A stretch of DNA of 64,000 nucleotides from a virus. The stretch lies in the IMG/VR virus record IMGVR_UViG_3300010389_000008; one strand, written 5' to 3'. The translations under genes were made by a program, and so were the position numbers. Every line of letters starts with the position of its first letter. Position 1 is the stretch's first letter. This document shows, piece by piece, positions 1-8,140 of the stretch. The notes beneath the pieces are model-generated. The model worked only from the letters and a program-made list of their open reading frames with translations. It was not told where the DNA came from and ran no database searches.

Positions 1-366
1 AATGTAAGCGATCCGTACATTCTCAACATCGACATCAGGCCTCGACCAGCGTCTAGGCCTCGTTTCAGTAGCAAAGGGCAAGTCTATAGCGATCCCAGCT
101 ATAAGTCCTGGCTAACTGACTTCACTGAGATGGTCCGTAGGGATTGGGAGTACGAACCGCTCCAAACCTGCAGCCATATAGAAGTCATTTTCAACGGTCC
201 CACAAAGCGCGGAGACCTGGACAACTACCTGAAAGCCCTCTTAGACGGGCTTGTATATTCCGGAGTCATCAGAAACGACAATCTCCAGGTTGTTGACTCT
301 ATTCATACGAGCTTTATTCACACCCCTAATTCACCTCCCTGGATCATGGTGAAGATCTTCCCTTAG
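1..366 (+). CDS. rusA: RusA-like Holliday junction resolvase (5'-truncated)
   Basis: Frame 1 open from base 1 (NVSDPYILNIDIRPRPASRPRF...); motifs RPRF, GDLDNYLKALLDGL, IRND. Confidence 0.8.
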   Translation, partial: NVSDPYILNIDIRPRPASRPRFSSKGQVYSDPSYKSWLTDFTEMVRRDWEYEPLQTCSHIEVIFNGPTKRGDLDNYLKALLDGLVYSGVIRNDNLQVVDSIHTSFIHTPNSPPWIMVKIFP

Positions 367-393
367 GTATCGTGAGGATAAGCCAACAAAATA

Positions 394-900
394 GTGATGC
401 TGAAAGCACAATCGTCAGACGATTTGCTTTACAACCTTCACGAACTGCGGCCATCCGATGCGGTAAGAAGCTTCCGGCGATCAATTATTGAAGACTACCC
501 ATCAAAGGGTTGTTGTTATTGCGGGCGTTCTGCAAAGAAGTGGACGCTTGACCATATCATTCCGCGCAGCAAGAACGGCCCATCAAGAAGATGGAATCTT
601 GCTAAATGTTGTACTCGTTGCAACGGAAATAAGAGCAATTTTGACCTGCTGCCTTGGTATAGGCCGCAATTGTTTTGGTCTGAAGATAGAGAGAGCACAG
701 TATTTAGTTGGATGAGGGAGAATGCAACCATGGACGCAATGCTTGTTTTGGAAGAATCTCTCCGGGATGGCGTCATTGATAGCAATGCTCTCGCTGAAGT
801 AGTCCACGCCACTTCTATGAAGCGTGACCATCAATCTTATTGGGACAACTACTGCTTAATGGACCCAAGCGCTCCTGAGTGCCTTATTTACGACTGTTAG
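394..900 (+). CDS. HNH endonuclease
   Basis: CCYCG...TLDHIIPRSKNG...NLAKCCTRCNGNKSN. Confidence 0.85.
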   Translation: MMLKAQSSDDLLYNLHELRPSDAVRSFRRSIIEDYPSKGCCYCGRSAKKWTLDHIIPRSKNGPSRRWNLAKCCTRCNGNKSNFDLLPWYRPQLFWSEDRESTVFSWMRENATMDAMLVLEESLRDGVIDSNALAEVVHATSMKRDHQSYWDNYCLMDPSAPECLIYDC

Positions 901-904
901 GGGT

Positions 905-994
905 ATGGAAGCGGAGGTCTCGCAGCTTGCCCTACTCGGATTTACCTTGCTTTTCGGACTCTTCCTGTTTATCATGGGAGTTCTGGCTGGATAG
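905..994 (+). CDS. 29-aa membrane peptide
   Basis: Own translation MEAEVSQLALLGFTLLFGLFLFIMGVLAG; one hydrophobic stretch. Confidence 0.4.
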   Translation: MEAEVSQLALLGFTLLFGLFLFIMGVLAG

Positions 995-1248
995 CCAATC
1001 TATGTTTCTATGTATGTATATTTAATTACACAGCATATAAGTAAGCATATAGATCACATTTAGTTGTCTAATTCTTATTAACTAAGAGTTAGGTTTATGA
1101 TATTCAGCCTCGGCTTAGTTGTTATTTAGCAGTTTGTTGCTTGATATTGACAGATTGGGGGTCTCTATGGTTTTTCGCGGGCGTTGCGCGGTTCCTTTCT
1201 CCCCTATGGGGTCCGGTGGTGTGCCGGTTGAATCTCCGAACACTGTTC

Positions 1249-1264
1249 TATCTCAGACAGGACA
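1249..1264. promoter_or_regulatory. Putative operator (TGTCC-N6-GGACA family)
   Basis: TATCT-CAGACA-GGACA; reverse complement matches the 6308 site at 14/16. Confidence 0.55.
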
Positions 1265-1613
1265 GCTGCCCCCTATGTTGGTTTCAACCAAACGGAGACA
1301 GCCAACGACACAGCCGAGACCCCTACCAGGGACATACGGCACGAGCAACCCGCAAGCGGACCCCGATGGGCGCTTGACAGGTGCAAACGGTCCAGACCAG
1401 CCCTAGGCAAGTGCTGCCAGGTTTAGGTTCGCGAATGTAAGTTACGCCAATGGTGTGACCGATGAGTACCGGCGGATCTGGCGGGAACTGTTAAAGGTTG
1501 GGCTTTCAATAGATAACATTTAGGACTGCAACTTACGCGATAGGTGTGGTGTATCTCAACAACACTGAAGCGTATTTAATGTGGGCCAGGGTAACTAATC
1601 ATCCCTTCAGATT

Positions 1614-1723
1614 TAGCGCATGCTGTATCTCACAGAAAGGAGTGAATAGATAGATTTTCTCGGTGTATATCAGCAGATTAAATCTATCTTTTCACAATCA
1701 GGTTCAAATCCTGTCTTGCGCTA
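1614..1723 (+). ncRNA. Candidate tRNA-like structured RNA
   Basis: TAGCGCA/TGCGCTA closing stem, CTGT/ACAG hairpin, 16-bp central stem (1642-1657/1680-1695), T-arm CAGG-TTCAAAT-CCTG, then a terminator. Confidence 0.35.
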
Positions 1724-1724
1724 T

Positions 1725-1748
1725 TGCCACTTTTTAGTGGCACTTTTT
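1725..1748 (+). terminator. Intrinsic terminator-like hairpin
   Basis: TGCCACT-TTTT-AGTGGCA followed by CTTTTT. Confidence 0.6.
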
Positions 1749-1789
1749 CTCTCTCACCTTACAAGCTGTGCATTCAGCCTCTCACAATG
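1744..1789 (+). repeat. 46-bp leader repeat, copy 1
   Basis: 44/46 identical to 2363-2408; both end in the start codon. Confidence 0.9.
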
Positions 1790-1978
1790 ATTTCATCAAT
1801 TGCCTGCCTTGATGCTGCCTTTGTTGTGCAGCGATCTTGGGAATTCTGCGGCGAAGAGATGTGGGCCAATGATCGATTCTTTGACTCACTAGAACGTGCA
1901 GAACTCTACATCATTCAGATGAAACCTTTCTGGGATCGTCGTGAGCAAGCTCGCGTTATCTCAACCTCGGAGCTTTGA
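1787..1978 (+). CDS. Early hypothetical protein
   Basis: ATG ends the leader repeat; in frame with track ORF 1724..1978. Confidence 0.7.
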   Translation: MISSIACLDAAFVVQRSWEFCGEEMWANDRFFDSLERAELYIIQMKPFWDRREQARVISTSEL

Positions 1979-1980
1979 TC

Positions 1981-2163
1981 ATGCGCTATTTCATCAACAA
2001 AACCACTAACGGTGTGACAGAAGTGGTCTATCAAGTTGTAGACCGTCCGGACTTTGCTGAGGAGTGGTGTGATTCTCACAACAACCACTTAGCTGCCAAA
2101 GGTATTCCATCCGACGTTTGTTTCTGGCACGTTTCAGGTCCATTCGATCCCGATACTTTCTGA
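1981..2163 (+). CDS. Early hypothetical protein
   Basis: MRYFINKTTNG...; tightly packed in operon. Confidence 0.7.
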   Translation: MRYFINKTTNGVTEVVYQVVDRPDFAEEWCDSHNNHLAAKGIPSDVCFWHVSGPFDPDTF

Positions 2164-2360
2164 TGACACATTTCAAAGCTGTTTATCACGAATATGTAGA
2201 AGGCAAGCCTGTTAGGTGCTTTCTAGATATTTATGCAAAGGATCTAGATCAAGCGAAAGCTAAATGGTGTGCATTGCGTACATCTAATGAGTTCTTGATC
2301 TCTTTGTACAAAGTAGTTACACCTGACGAATTCTGGGCTTCACGTCCACAATTCGGCTGA
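2163..2360 (+). CDS. Early hypothetical protein
   Basis: TGATG stop/start overlap; MTHFKAVYHEY... Confidence 0.7.
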   Translation: MTHFKAVYHEYVEGKPVRCFLDIYAKDLDQAKAKWCALRTSNEFLISLYKVVTPDEFWASRPQFG

Positions 2361-2362
2361 TC

Positions 2363-2408
2363 TTTTTCTCTCTCACCTCACAAGCTGTGCATTCAGCATC
2401 TCACAATG
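2363..2408 (+). repeat. 46-bp leader repeat, copy 2
   Basis: 44/46 identical to 1744-1789. Confidence 0.9.
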
Positions 2409-3128
2409 TCTAAAACCAAAGGCTACATAATCGATCGCGGATTGTCTCCGATCGATAGACAACCTTTTGTCGTCATCATGACGATGGAATCTAGCAACGT
2501 AAAGACCGGCAACATGTGTCAGGTCTGGATTCTCAGGGAAGATATCCACCCGGTTGAAGCATTACAAACAGGCGCGGATTATTCTATCTGCGGCAATTGT
2601 CCACACAGAAAACAAGGAGACGGCACACGTTCCTGTTATGTCAACGTTGGACAGGCTCCGTCTGCCGTCTGGAAATCGTACAAACGCGGGATTTATGTCG
2701 ACCTTACTGATCCTGAGATCATGGCAGACACTAACCTCACAGTTTTACTCAACTCTCGCAAGATTCGCTGGGGAGCATATGGCGATCCTGCCATCATCAA
2801 TCCTGATGTAGTCAAGGAGTTCAACCTATATGCTGCAGGTCATACAGGTTACACACATCAATGGCGCGAAGATTTTGCTCAAGCCTTCAAAGGTGTTTTT
2901 CAGGCTTCCTGTGACGGAATGCGTGACTACCTAGAAGCATCTGCCCACGGTTGGAAAACATTCGCAGTTGTTCCCAAAGGTAAGAAAGCATACTCAGGCA
3001 AACAATGTCCCGCCACTGTTGACGGATCATCTGCACAGTGCCGCACATGTGCTTTATGCGACGGCGCAAAACAAGATGTGTTCGTAGTAGCGCATGGCAC
3101 TGGCGCGAGCCATTTTGTTGGCGTATAG
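2406..3128 (+). CDS. Cys-rich phage protein, possibly Fe-S or gp88-like
   Basis: ICGNCPHR-x9-SCY, RWGAYGDP, GYTHQW, CPA...CRTCALC. Confidence 0.6.
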   Translation: MSKTKGYIIDRGLSPIDRQPFVVIMTMESSNVKTGNMCQVWILREDIHPVEALQTGADYSICGNCPHRKQGDGTRSCYVNVGQAPSAVWKSYKRGIYVDLTDPEIMADTNLTVLLNSRKIRWGAYGDPAIINPDVVKEFNLYAAGHTGYTHQWREDFAQAFKGVFQASCDGMRDYLEASAHGWKTFAVVPKGKKAYSGKQCPATVDGSSAQCRTCALCDGAKQDVFVVAHGTGASHFVGV

Positions 3129-3134
3129 TATCCC

Positions 3135-3150
3135 TGTCCGGTCTAGGACA
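3135..3150. promoter_or_regulatory. Putative operator, perfect palindrome, just downstream of a TATAGT -10-like hexamer (3124-3129)
   Basis: TGTCC-GGTCTA-GGACA. Confidence 0.65.
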
Positions 3151-3170
3151 ACTCTCTCACCTCACCTCTC

Positions 3171-3413
3171 ATGTACAACATTATCGACACCCGCAACTCC
3201 ACAATTGTTGCTCAAGCTCAGGACTACGACGAAGCAAAATCCATAGCTTCCTGTTATCGCAGACAACAGTTCATCACATCCGAAAACTGGAAGCTTGTTC
3301 AGATAAAGAAGAAGAAAGAAGCGCCTATTCGCACCTTCTTTATTGATGACGGTTGTTGTGACTCACTTCGTGATCGCCGTATGGAAGCTTTCGGTATGGG
3401 GTTCCATCGATGA
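3171..3413 (+). CDS. Early hypothetical protein
   Basis: ORF preceded by CTCTCTCACC leader. Confidence 0.7.
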   Translation: MYNIIDTRNSTIVAQAQDYDEAKSIASCYRRQQFITSENWKLVQIKKKKEAPIRTFFIDDGCCDSLRDRRMEAFGMGFHR

Positions 3414-3601
3414 TTTACGTCAATCCAAGATCTTCAAAAGCTAAGAATCGTCTCGCTAATGAGATGAACAACGATCCACGAATGGAGGTTGAACAGATCA
3501 ACGACACCCACGTGTTCGCTGTCTCTGTATCTGGTAATTACAGCTGCTGGATACAGCACAATAACGATCCACATTTCGATTATCTACACTCACTTCCTTG
3601 A
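3410..3601 (+). CDS. Early hypothetical protein
   Basis: ATGA overlap; YVNPRSSKAKNRLANEM. Confidence 0.75.
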   Translation: MIYVNPRSSKAKNRLANEMNNDPRMEVEQINDTHVFAVSVSGNYSCWIQHNNDPHFDYLHSLP

Positions 3602-3604
3602 ATC

Positions 3605-3889
3605 ATGCTTGCACCAACTAAGCCAAACTGTACTCTTCCTAAGATCAATCTCAACGGTACATCTGCCGAGAATCTTTTCGCAGAATACGTAGAGGCTCAA
3701 AATGCAGTCCGAAAGGCATTGCGTACTCTTCAGGCATGCACATGTCATGGCCGGGATTTTCAATGCAATCCTGCTGAAGATTACAACCAAGCACTGTTTG
3801 AGCGTGCTGAAAATCTCGCCAAGCTCGATGATGTTTTGGATTATTGCCAGGCATGGATTGACAACGCTAATGATGCAATTGAATCATGA
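3605..3889 (+). CDS. Early hypothetical protein
   Basis: Operon-packed ORF; INLNGTS...HGRDFQ. Confidence 0.75.
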   Translation: MLAPTKPNCTLPKINLNGTSAENLFAEYVEAQNAVRKALRTLQACTCHGRDFQCNPAEDYNQALFERAENLAKLDDVLDYCQAWIDNANDAIES

Positions 3890-4233
3890 AAGTTCGCGTT
3901 TACTACAATCTCACAAAGCACATCTGGAGCGTGCAGAAACATGTTCCTGGTAAGGGTTGGAGAGTAGCAGGACATCTTCCACGTCTTGCGCTTAACAACG
4001 TTAAAACCGTAATTAACGACTACGGTCAGCAACAAACAAGGGCAGAGGGTAAGAAGTACGTTCACGCCTTTCTTGAAGGTGAGATCTGTACATCCGCCTT
4101 TTCTGTTACTCCTTCTCACAGACGCATCACCTACAACCCACAACGTGATGATGCGTTTGTGTGGAAACACAATGGCGAGATGTTCGCATCTTCTCGTCAT
4201 GTTGTCTTAACCGATAACGCATACGCTCTCTGA
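3886..4233 (+). CDS. Conserved phage hypothetical protein
   Basis: KVRVYYNL...WSV...KKYVHAF pattern recalled from many phages. Confidence 0.75.
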   Translation: MKVRVYYNLTKHIWSVQKHVPGKGWRVAGHLPRLALNNVKTVINDYGQQQTRAEGKKYVHAFLEGEICTSAFSVTPSHRRITYNPQRDDAFVWKHNGEMFASSRHVVLTDNAYAL

Positions 4234-4250
4234 TTCTTTTCTCTCTCACC

Positions 4251-4688
4251 ATGACAATCTCATCTCGTTCAAAGCGTCAAGTCGCTACCAAAAAGCGCGT
4301 TAAGTTCACCACAAAGGCAGCAAAACCCGTGGCAGAATCCTGGACTGAAGAGCAGTACGAACGCGAACTGTCGATCTACCTTGATCGCAAACAGCTTTTA
4401 TCTGACATCGAAGCTGAAGTTAAAGGTCGACAGGCCCAGCTTCTGCAGTATATGAACGCCCATGAGATTCAAGCCGCTGCACTTGATCATCTGCAGGTTG
4501 TTGTTTGCCGTCGCAAGGTCTGGAAGTACAGCGACGAACTACGCCGCGAGACCAATCGCATCAAGCATCTGCAGCGCCAGGAACAGGAAGAAGGCAAAGC
4601 CACCTTCAGTGAGTCTGTCTACCTGACTGTCAAGCCCACCAGTGACAGCGAGTCATTAGCGAGACAACTCTTAGCTTTTGAAGAGTAG
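4251..4688 (+). CDS. Early coiled-coil hypothetical protein
   Basis: ATG directly after CTCTCTCACC. Confidence 0.75.
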   Translation: MTISSRSKRQVATKKRVKFTTKAAKPVAESWTEEQYERELSIYLDRKQLLSDIEAEVKGRQAQLLQYMNAHEIQAAALDHLQVVVCRRKVWKYSDELRRETNRIKHLQRQEQEEGKATFSESVYLTVKPTSDSESLARQLLAFEE

Positions 4689-4692
4689 AAGC

Positions 4693-4848
4693 ATGACATC
4701 AGTAGAGAAATTCCTTGGACTGAGCACGCTGATTCTTTGCTCTTCCGTACTGCTTCTTACTCCCTGGCCGACTGCTGATGCAGTCTTTTCTACCCACGCT
4801 TCTCCTCCACTCAATCATGAAAACGTACAAATTCAGAACACTAATTAA
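4693..4848 (+). CDS. Small protein with hydrophobic N-terminus
   Basis: Own translation MTSVEKFLGLSTLILCSSVLLLTPW... (51 aa). Confidence 0.45.
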   Translation: MTSVEKFLGLSTLILCSSVLLLTPWPTADAVFSTHASPPLNHENVQIQNTN

Positions 4849-5074
4849 CAACGAAAACGGACGTGACATTCCGTCTTCGTGGTTCTTTGTCATTGCTGCT
4901 TCAAAGGATGAGGCACAAGATCTAGCACTTGATTATGTCCAGCGTCTCAATGAACACAATGAACGACTTCAGGCCTTTGTCAAAAAGGACACCTATTTCA
5001 CAGGAGCAACCTTTGAATACGTTCTCCCCTACGGACATCTGAACACTTCTGCAATCAACTATGAACCTGCATGA
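4817..5074 (+). CDS. Early hypothetical protein
   Basis: MKTYKFRTL...; pyrimidine-rich leader. Confidence 0.7.
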   Translation: MKTYKFRTLINNENGRDIPSSWFFVIAASKDEAQDLALDYVQRLNEHNERLQAFVKKDTYFTGATFEYVLPYGHLNTSAINYEPA

Positions 5075-5216
5075 TCTTGTCATCCGCGCTCGTGACCTTT
5101 CGGTTCTGGAAAATCGCGCTAAGTGGATATGCCTTCATCCGCAAGGTTTTCACTACATAACAAACGATCCTGACCTAAAGCGCATCGTCACAGTCGTTCG
5201 TCCATCCTGTCTCTGA
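5061..5216 (+). CDS. Small hypothetical protein
   Basis: Own translation MNLHDLVIRARDLS... (51 aa) filling the gap. Confidence 0.55.
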   Translation: MNLHDLVIRARDLSVLENRAKWICLHPQGFHYITNDPDLKRIVTVVRPSCL

Positions 5217-5218
5217 CA
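5203..5218. promoter_or_regulatory. Degenerate operator candidate
   Basis: CATCC-TGTCTC-TGACA abutting the ATG at 5218. Confidence 0.35.
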
Positions 5219-5454
5219 TGAAAGAAACAGACCCAATCACTCAAGAGGAAATGCAAGAAGCAACAGATCTGTTTTTCCCTCTTCTCAGGGTTGTACAGCA
5301 GGAAATGCCTGAAGGAGCTTCTACAGAAGACACCCTGAAGGTTATGGAACACGTCACAACCCTGGCGCACCGTCTCCGCAAACAGAAGAAGCAGGAGAAA
5401 GCTCAGGAACGCTTCGGCTTGGTTCCCAACTTCAAGGGTAGTTACGAGCCCTAA
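5218..5454 (+). CDS. Cyanophage-type hypothetical protein
   Basis: 78-aa ORF in operon. Confidence 0.75.
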   Translation: MKETDPITQEEMQEATDLFFPLLRVVQQEMPEGASTEDTLKVMEHVTTLAHRLRKQKKQEKAQERFGLVPNFKGSYEP

Positions 5455-5468
5455 TCACTGCCCAACAC

Positions 5469-5484
5469 TGGCCTGGGCTGGATG
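5469..5484. promoter_or_regulatory. Degenerate operator candidate
   Basis: TGGCC-TGGGCT-GGATG, intergenic. Confidence 0.35.
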
Positions 5485-5514
5485 CCAGATCTTTGTTCCT
5501 CTCTCACCAAAACA

Positions 5515-5787
5515 ATGACCTCGCTCGTCACCACAAACAAGTTCAGTGCCGACAAGATTGTCTGGCCTGCACAAACTCTCATCTCTAATTACGTTCTCAA
5601 GCAGTCCATCATCGAGTTCCTGGACAACAACCCTGAGGGTGTCCGCAACTGCGATGTAGGCAAAGCGATTGGATATAACGACTCCCGTCAGTGGTTCAGC
5701 TTCGGACTTCTGGAGTCACTGGTTAAGGAAGAGAAGGTCGAGAAACGCTCGATCAACGGCAAGACCCTCTACTTCTCTGTGGGCTGA
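5515..5787 (+). CDS. Putative winged-helix DNA-binding protein
   Basis: IIEFLDNNPEGVRNCDVGKAIG...LLESLVKEEKVEK pattern; start after leader motif. Confidence 0.6.
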   Translation: MTSLVTTNKFSADKIVWPAQTLISNYVLKQSIIEFLDNNPEGVRNCDVGKAIGYNDSRQWFSFGLLESLVKEEKVEKRSINGKTLYFSVG

Positions 5788-5790
5788 AGC

Positions 5791-5925
5791 ATGACTGACC
5801 CCTTACGAGCACGCTACGAGGAGTTTCTCGCGGACTTCGATCCCTCTCCTCAGAACTACGGCGACGACTACAGCACACCCCCCGACTTCGAGACCTGGGT
5901 GATCGAACAGGAGGATGATGAATGA
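5791..5925 (+). CDS. Small acidic hypothetical protein
   Basis: Own translation MTDPLRARYEEFL... (44 aa). Confidence 0.55.
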   Translation: MTDPLRARYEEFLADFDPSPQNYGDDYSTPPDFETWVIEQEDDE

Positions 5926-6164
5926 AAACCATCCAAGACAAACGAGCTGACTTCAAGCGTCTGCTCATTCCACGGCTGGAGAAAGCGATCAAAGCCATCA
6001 AGGTGATTGGCAATCTCTCAGCGAGCCAATACGCCTACACAGAAGGCGAAGCGGAGAAAGTCATCCAGGCACTCCGTCTTGCAACAGATCAGACCGAGGC
6101 GAGGTTCTTCAAGAAGGACGCACCCTTGGTGGCCCTTGAATTCGATCACACAGAGGCTGATTAG
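5922..6164 (+). CDS. Conserved hypothetical protein
   Basis: KRADFKRL...RLEKAIKAIKVIGNLS...YAYT. Confidence 0.75.
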   Translation: MKTIQDKRADFKRLLIPRLEKAIKAIKVIGNLSASQYAYTEGEAEKVIQALRLATDQTEARFFKKDAPLVALEFDHTEAD

Positions 6165-6256
6165 CCAATAAAAAACCTCGGATCTCACCCCGAGGTCGTA
6201 TCTCTCTCACCTACCAACCGCGTCGTAGCGGACGGTCGGTGAAACCACATTGTAAC

Positions 6257-6279
6257 GGCGGCCTACAGAGCCGCCTTTT
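6257..6279 (+). terminator. Intrinsic terminator
   Basis: GGCGGC-CTACAGA-GCCGCC-TTTT. Confidence 0.7.
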
Positions 6280-6323
6280 CATCCTTGACCGGATAGCAGC
6301 CTGGCTCTATCCTGTCTGAGACA
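6280..6323 (+). promoter_or_regulatory. Sigma70-like promoter overlapped by two operators
   Basis: -35 TTGACC (6285-6290), 17-bp spacer, -10 TATCCT (6308-6313); operators CATCC-TTGACC-GGATA (6280-6295) and TATCC-TGTCTG-AGACA (6308-6323). Confidence 0.65.
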
Positions 6324-6371
6324 GCTTCGCGCTGTCGCTTTTCTCTCTCTCACCTCAACCACTCAAACACC

Positions 6372-7457
6372 ATGCCCGCACAAGCAAAACACGCCAATTC
6401 CGTCTCGAACCAGTACGCCCGAGAGCAGGAGGCCATGGTCTATGGCAAGTACAAGGAGAACGGCTATCAGGTCAATCCCTTGGTTTCGCAGGCAGGCGGC
6501 ACACTCATCAATGGTCGTGTTTCCGCTGCTGAAGCTTTCCGCATTGCGAACGCAGACTTCAAGGTCTCAAAGACCCTTGTTCAATACCACACCCCGGCCA
6601 GCTGTCTTGACGAGGTCATGCGGGTATCCGAGGAGCACTGCGCCCTCGTTCGCGAGGACACGGGTGACTGTCTCGGGATCATGGGGAACAACTACACCCC
6701 TGTGCAGAACGACAAGCTGATCCTGTTGTTCGAGTACCTGCGCGAGAACGTCGAGATCGACAACATCCTGACCATCCGCAACGGTCGCAAGGTGTTCGTC
6801 TCCGCTCGATGCGACATCGAGGGCGAAGTCACCTCAGGTGACAAGGTTCGCCGGTACCTCCACGCCTTCAACAGCTTCGACGGTTCCAGCTCATTCGGTG
6901 TCTTCTTCTCTGACATCCGTCTGCAGTGTGCAAACCAGATCAGCTACCTCTGCAGCAAAGGTGCCGGTCGTGCCAAGAAGGATGGTGCTGCGCTGGTGAT
7001 GCGCCATACCCGCTGTGTTGAGCAGTTTGCAGAGAGCCTGCCCCAGCTAATCAACGTCGAGCAGCAGAAGTTCGAGACGGACCTGAACAAGCTGCGCCCT
7101 CTGACGACCCTGAAGCTGACCTCAACAGCTGCACGTCACGTTCTAGAGCACACCTATTCCGATGATCTCGCTCGTCCTATTACGGACAAGATCAGCAAAG
7201 CAAAGCGTCCGCGTCTGCTGTCTGATCTTCCCCACGTCGATGTTATCCGCTCGCATTACAGCGGTGAAACAGGCTTTGGCGTCGAGACCGGTACTGCTTG
7301 GGGACTCTTCCAAGCCATCACTCAATACGAGACCCACAACGCCGGACGCCTCAAGGACAACACCGAGCGAGCCCGTGCTCGCCTCGAATCCCTTTGGGGT
7401 GGACAAGGTGCAAAGCGCATTGACAAAGCCCGTGAAGCACTCCTCGCTCTCGTCTAA
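6372..7457 (+). CDS. DUF932 / TIGR03299-like phage-plasmid protein
   Basis: REDTGDCLGIMGNNYTPVQN, NSFDGSSS, IRLQCANQ, GTAWGLFQAITQY. Confidence 0.85.
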   Translation: MPAQAKHANSVSNQYAREQEAMVYGKYKENGYQVNPLVSQAGGTLINGRVSAAEAFRIANADFKVSKTLVQYHTPASCLDEVMRVSEEHCALVREDTGDCLGIMGNNYTPVQNDKLILLFEYLRENVEIDNILTIRNGRKVFVSARCDIEGEVTSGDKVRRYLHAFNSFDGSSSFGVFFSDIRLQCANQISYLCSKGAGRAKKDGAALVMRHTRCVEQFAESLPQLINVEQQKFETDLNKLRPLTTLKLTSTAARHVLEHTYSDDLARPITDKISKAKRPRLLSDLPHVDVIRSHYSGETGFGVETGTAWGLFQAITQYETHNAGRLKDNTERARARLESLWGGQGAKRIDKAREALLALV

Positions 7458-7645
7458 TGATCAACCTGGAACTCTCTAAGGCAGAGGCGTATGAACTTAC
7501 GCCTCTCATTCAAATCGGTATCGACGCTCTCGACGATCTTCTCGATAACGAAAGCAATAGTCACGAACCGGGTAAACGTATTGCTTACAAGAACAGCCGC
7601 ATACGTCTTCAGGTTTTGGCCGCAAAGCTCTCATCCCAGCTCTGA
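7457..7645 (+). CDS. Hypothetical protein
   Basis: TAATG overlap. Confidence 0.65.
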   Translation: MINLELSKAEAYELTPLIQIGIDALDDLLDNESNSHEPGKRIAYKNSRIRLQVLAAKLSSQL

Positions 7646-7661
7646 TTCCTTCTCTCTCACC

Positions 7662-7865
7662 ATGTCTAGTAGGTACATCCAGGACATACCTCCCGGCACA
7701 CCCATTCATTTTGGGGAACGCGGGGGTGAATACATCCTTGCAGAAGACAACCGTCGGATCTACATCTCTCGCGGTCCAAAGCCCACCAGGAAGCCTCGCC
7801 CAAAGTTCAAGCCTAAGCGTGGTGCCTTTCTTCGCTTCATCGAAAACCAAGCAACGATCTCATGA
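7662..7865 (+). CDS. Basic hypothetical protein
   Basis: ATG directly after CTCTCTCACC; in frame with track ORF 7491..7865. Confidence 0.65.
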   Translation: MSSRYIQDIPPGTPIHFGERGGEYILAEDNRRIYISRGPKPTRKPRPKFKPKRGAFLRFIENQATIS

Positions 7866-8140
7866 ACAACCTCTCAGTCTTCACAAACGAGCCTTACGGC
7901 ACTAACTACATCAGTCCCAGAACTCAAGCCCCTCAAACTCGCAGGCAACCCAAGCTCAACACCCGAGATCAGCCCCTCGATGTCAGTAAGAGTAGTGTGC
8001 TGCGCCTAAGAGCCTGGGCTAGAGAACGTGACGAGGCAGGCCGTCAATCGCGATGCAAGAATGATGCTTATCACCAGGCGGTGTATTGGGACGGCTACAT
8101 GCGAGCCATTGAGCACATCCTGGAGATGGATGAGCAATGA
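7862..8140 (+). CDS. Hypothetical protein
   Basis: ATGA overlap; ends YWDGYMRAIEHILEM. Confidence 0.75.
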   Translation: MNNLSVFTNEPYGTNYISPRTQAPQTRRQPKLNTRDQPLDVSKSSVLRLRAWARERDEAGRQSRCKNDAYHQAVYWDGYMRAIEHILEMDEQ

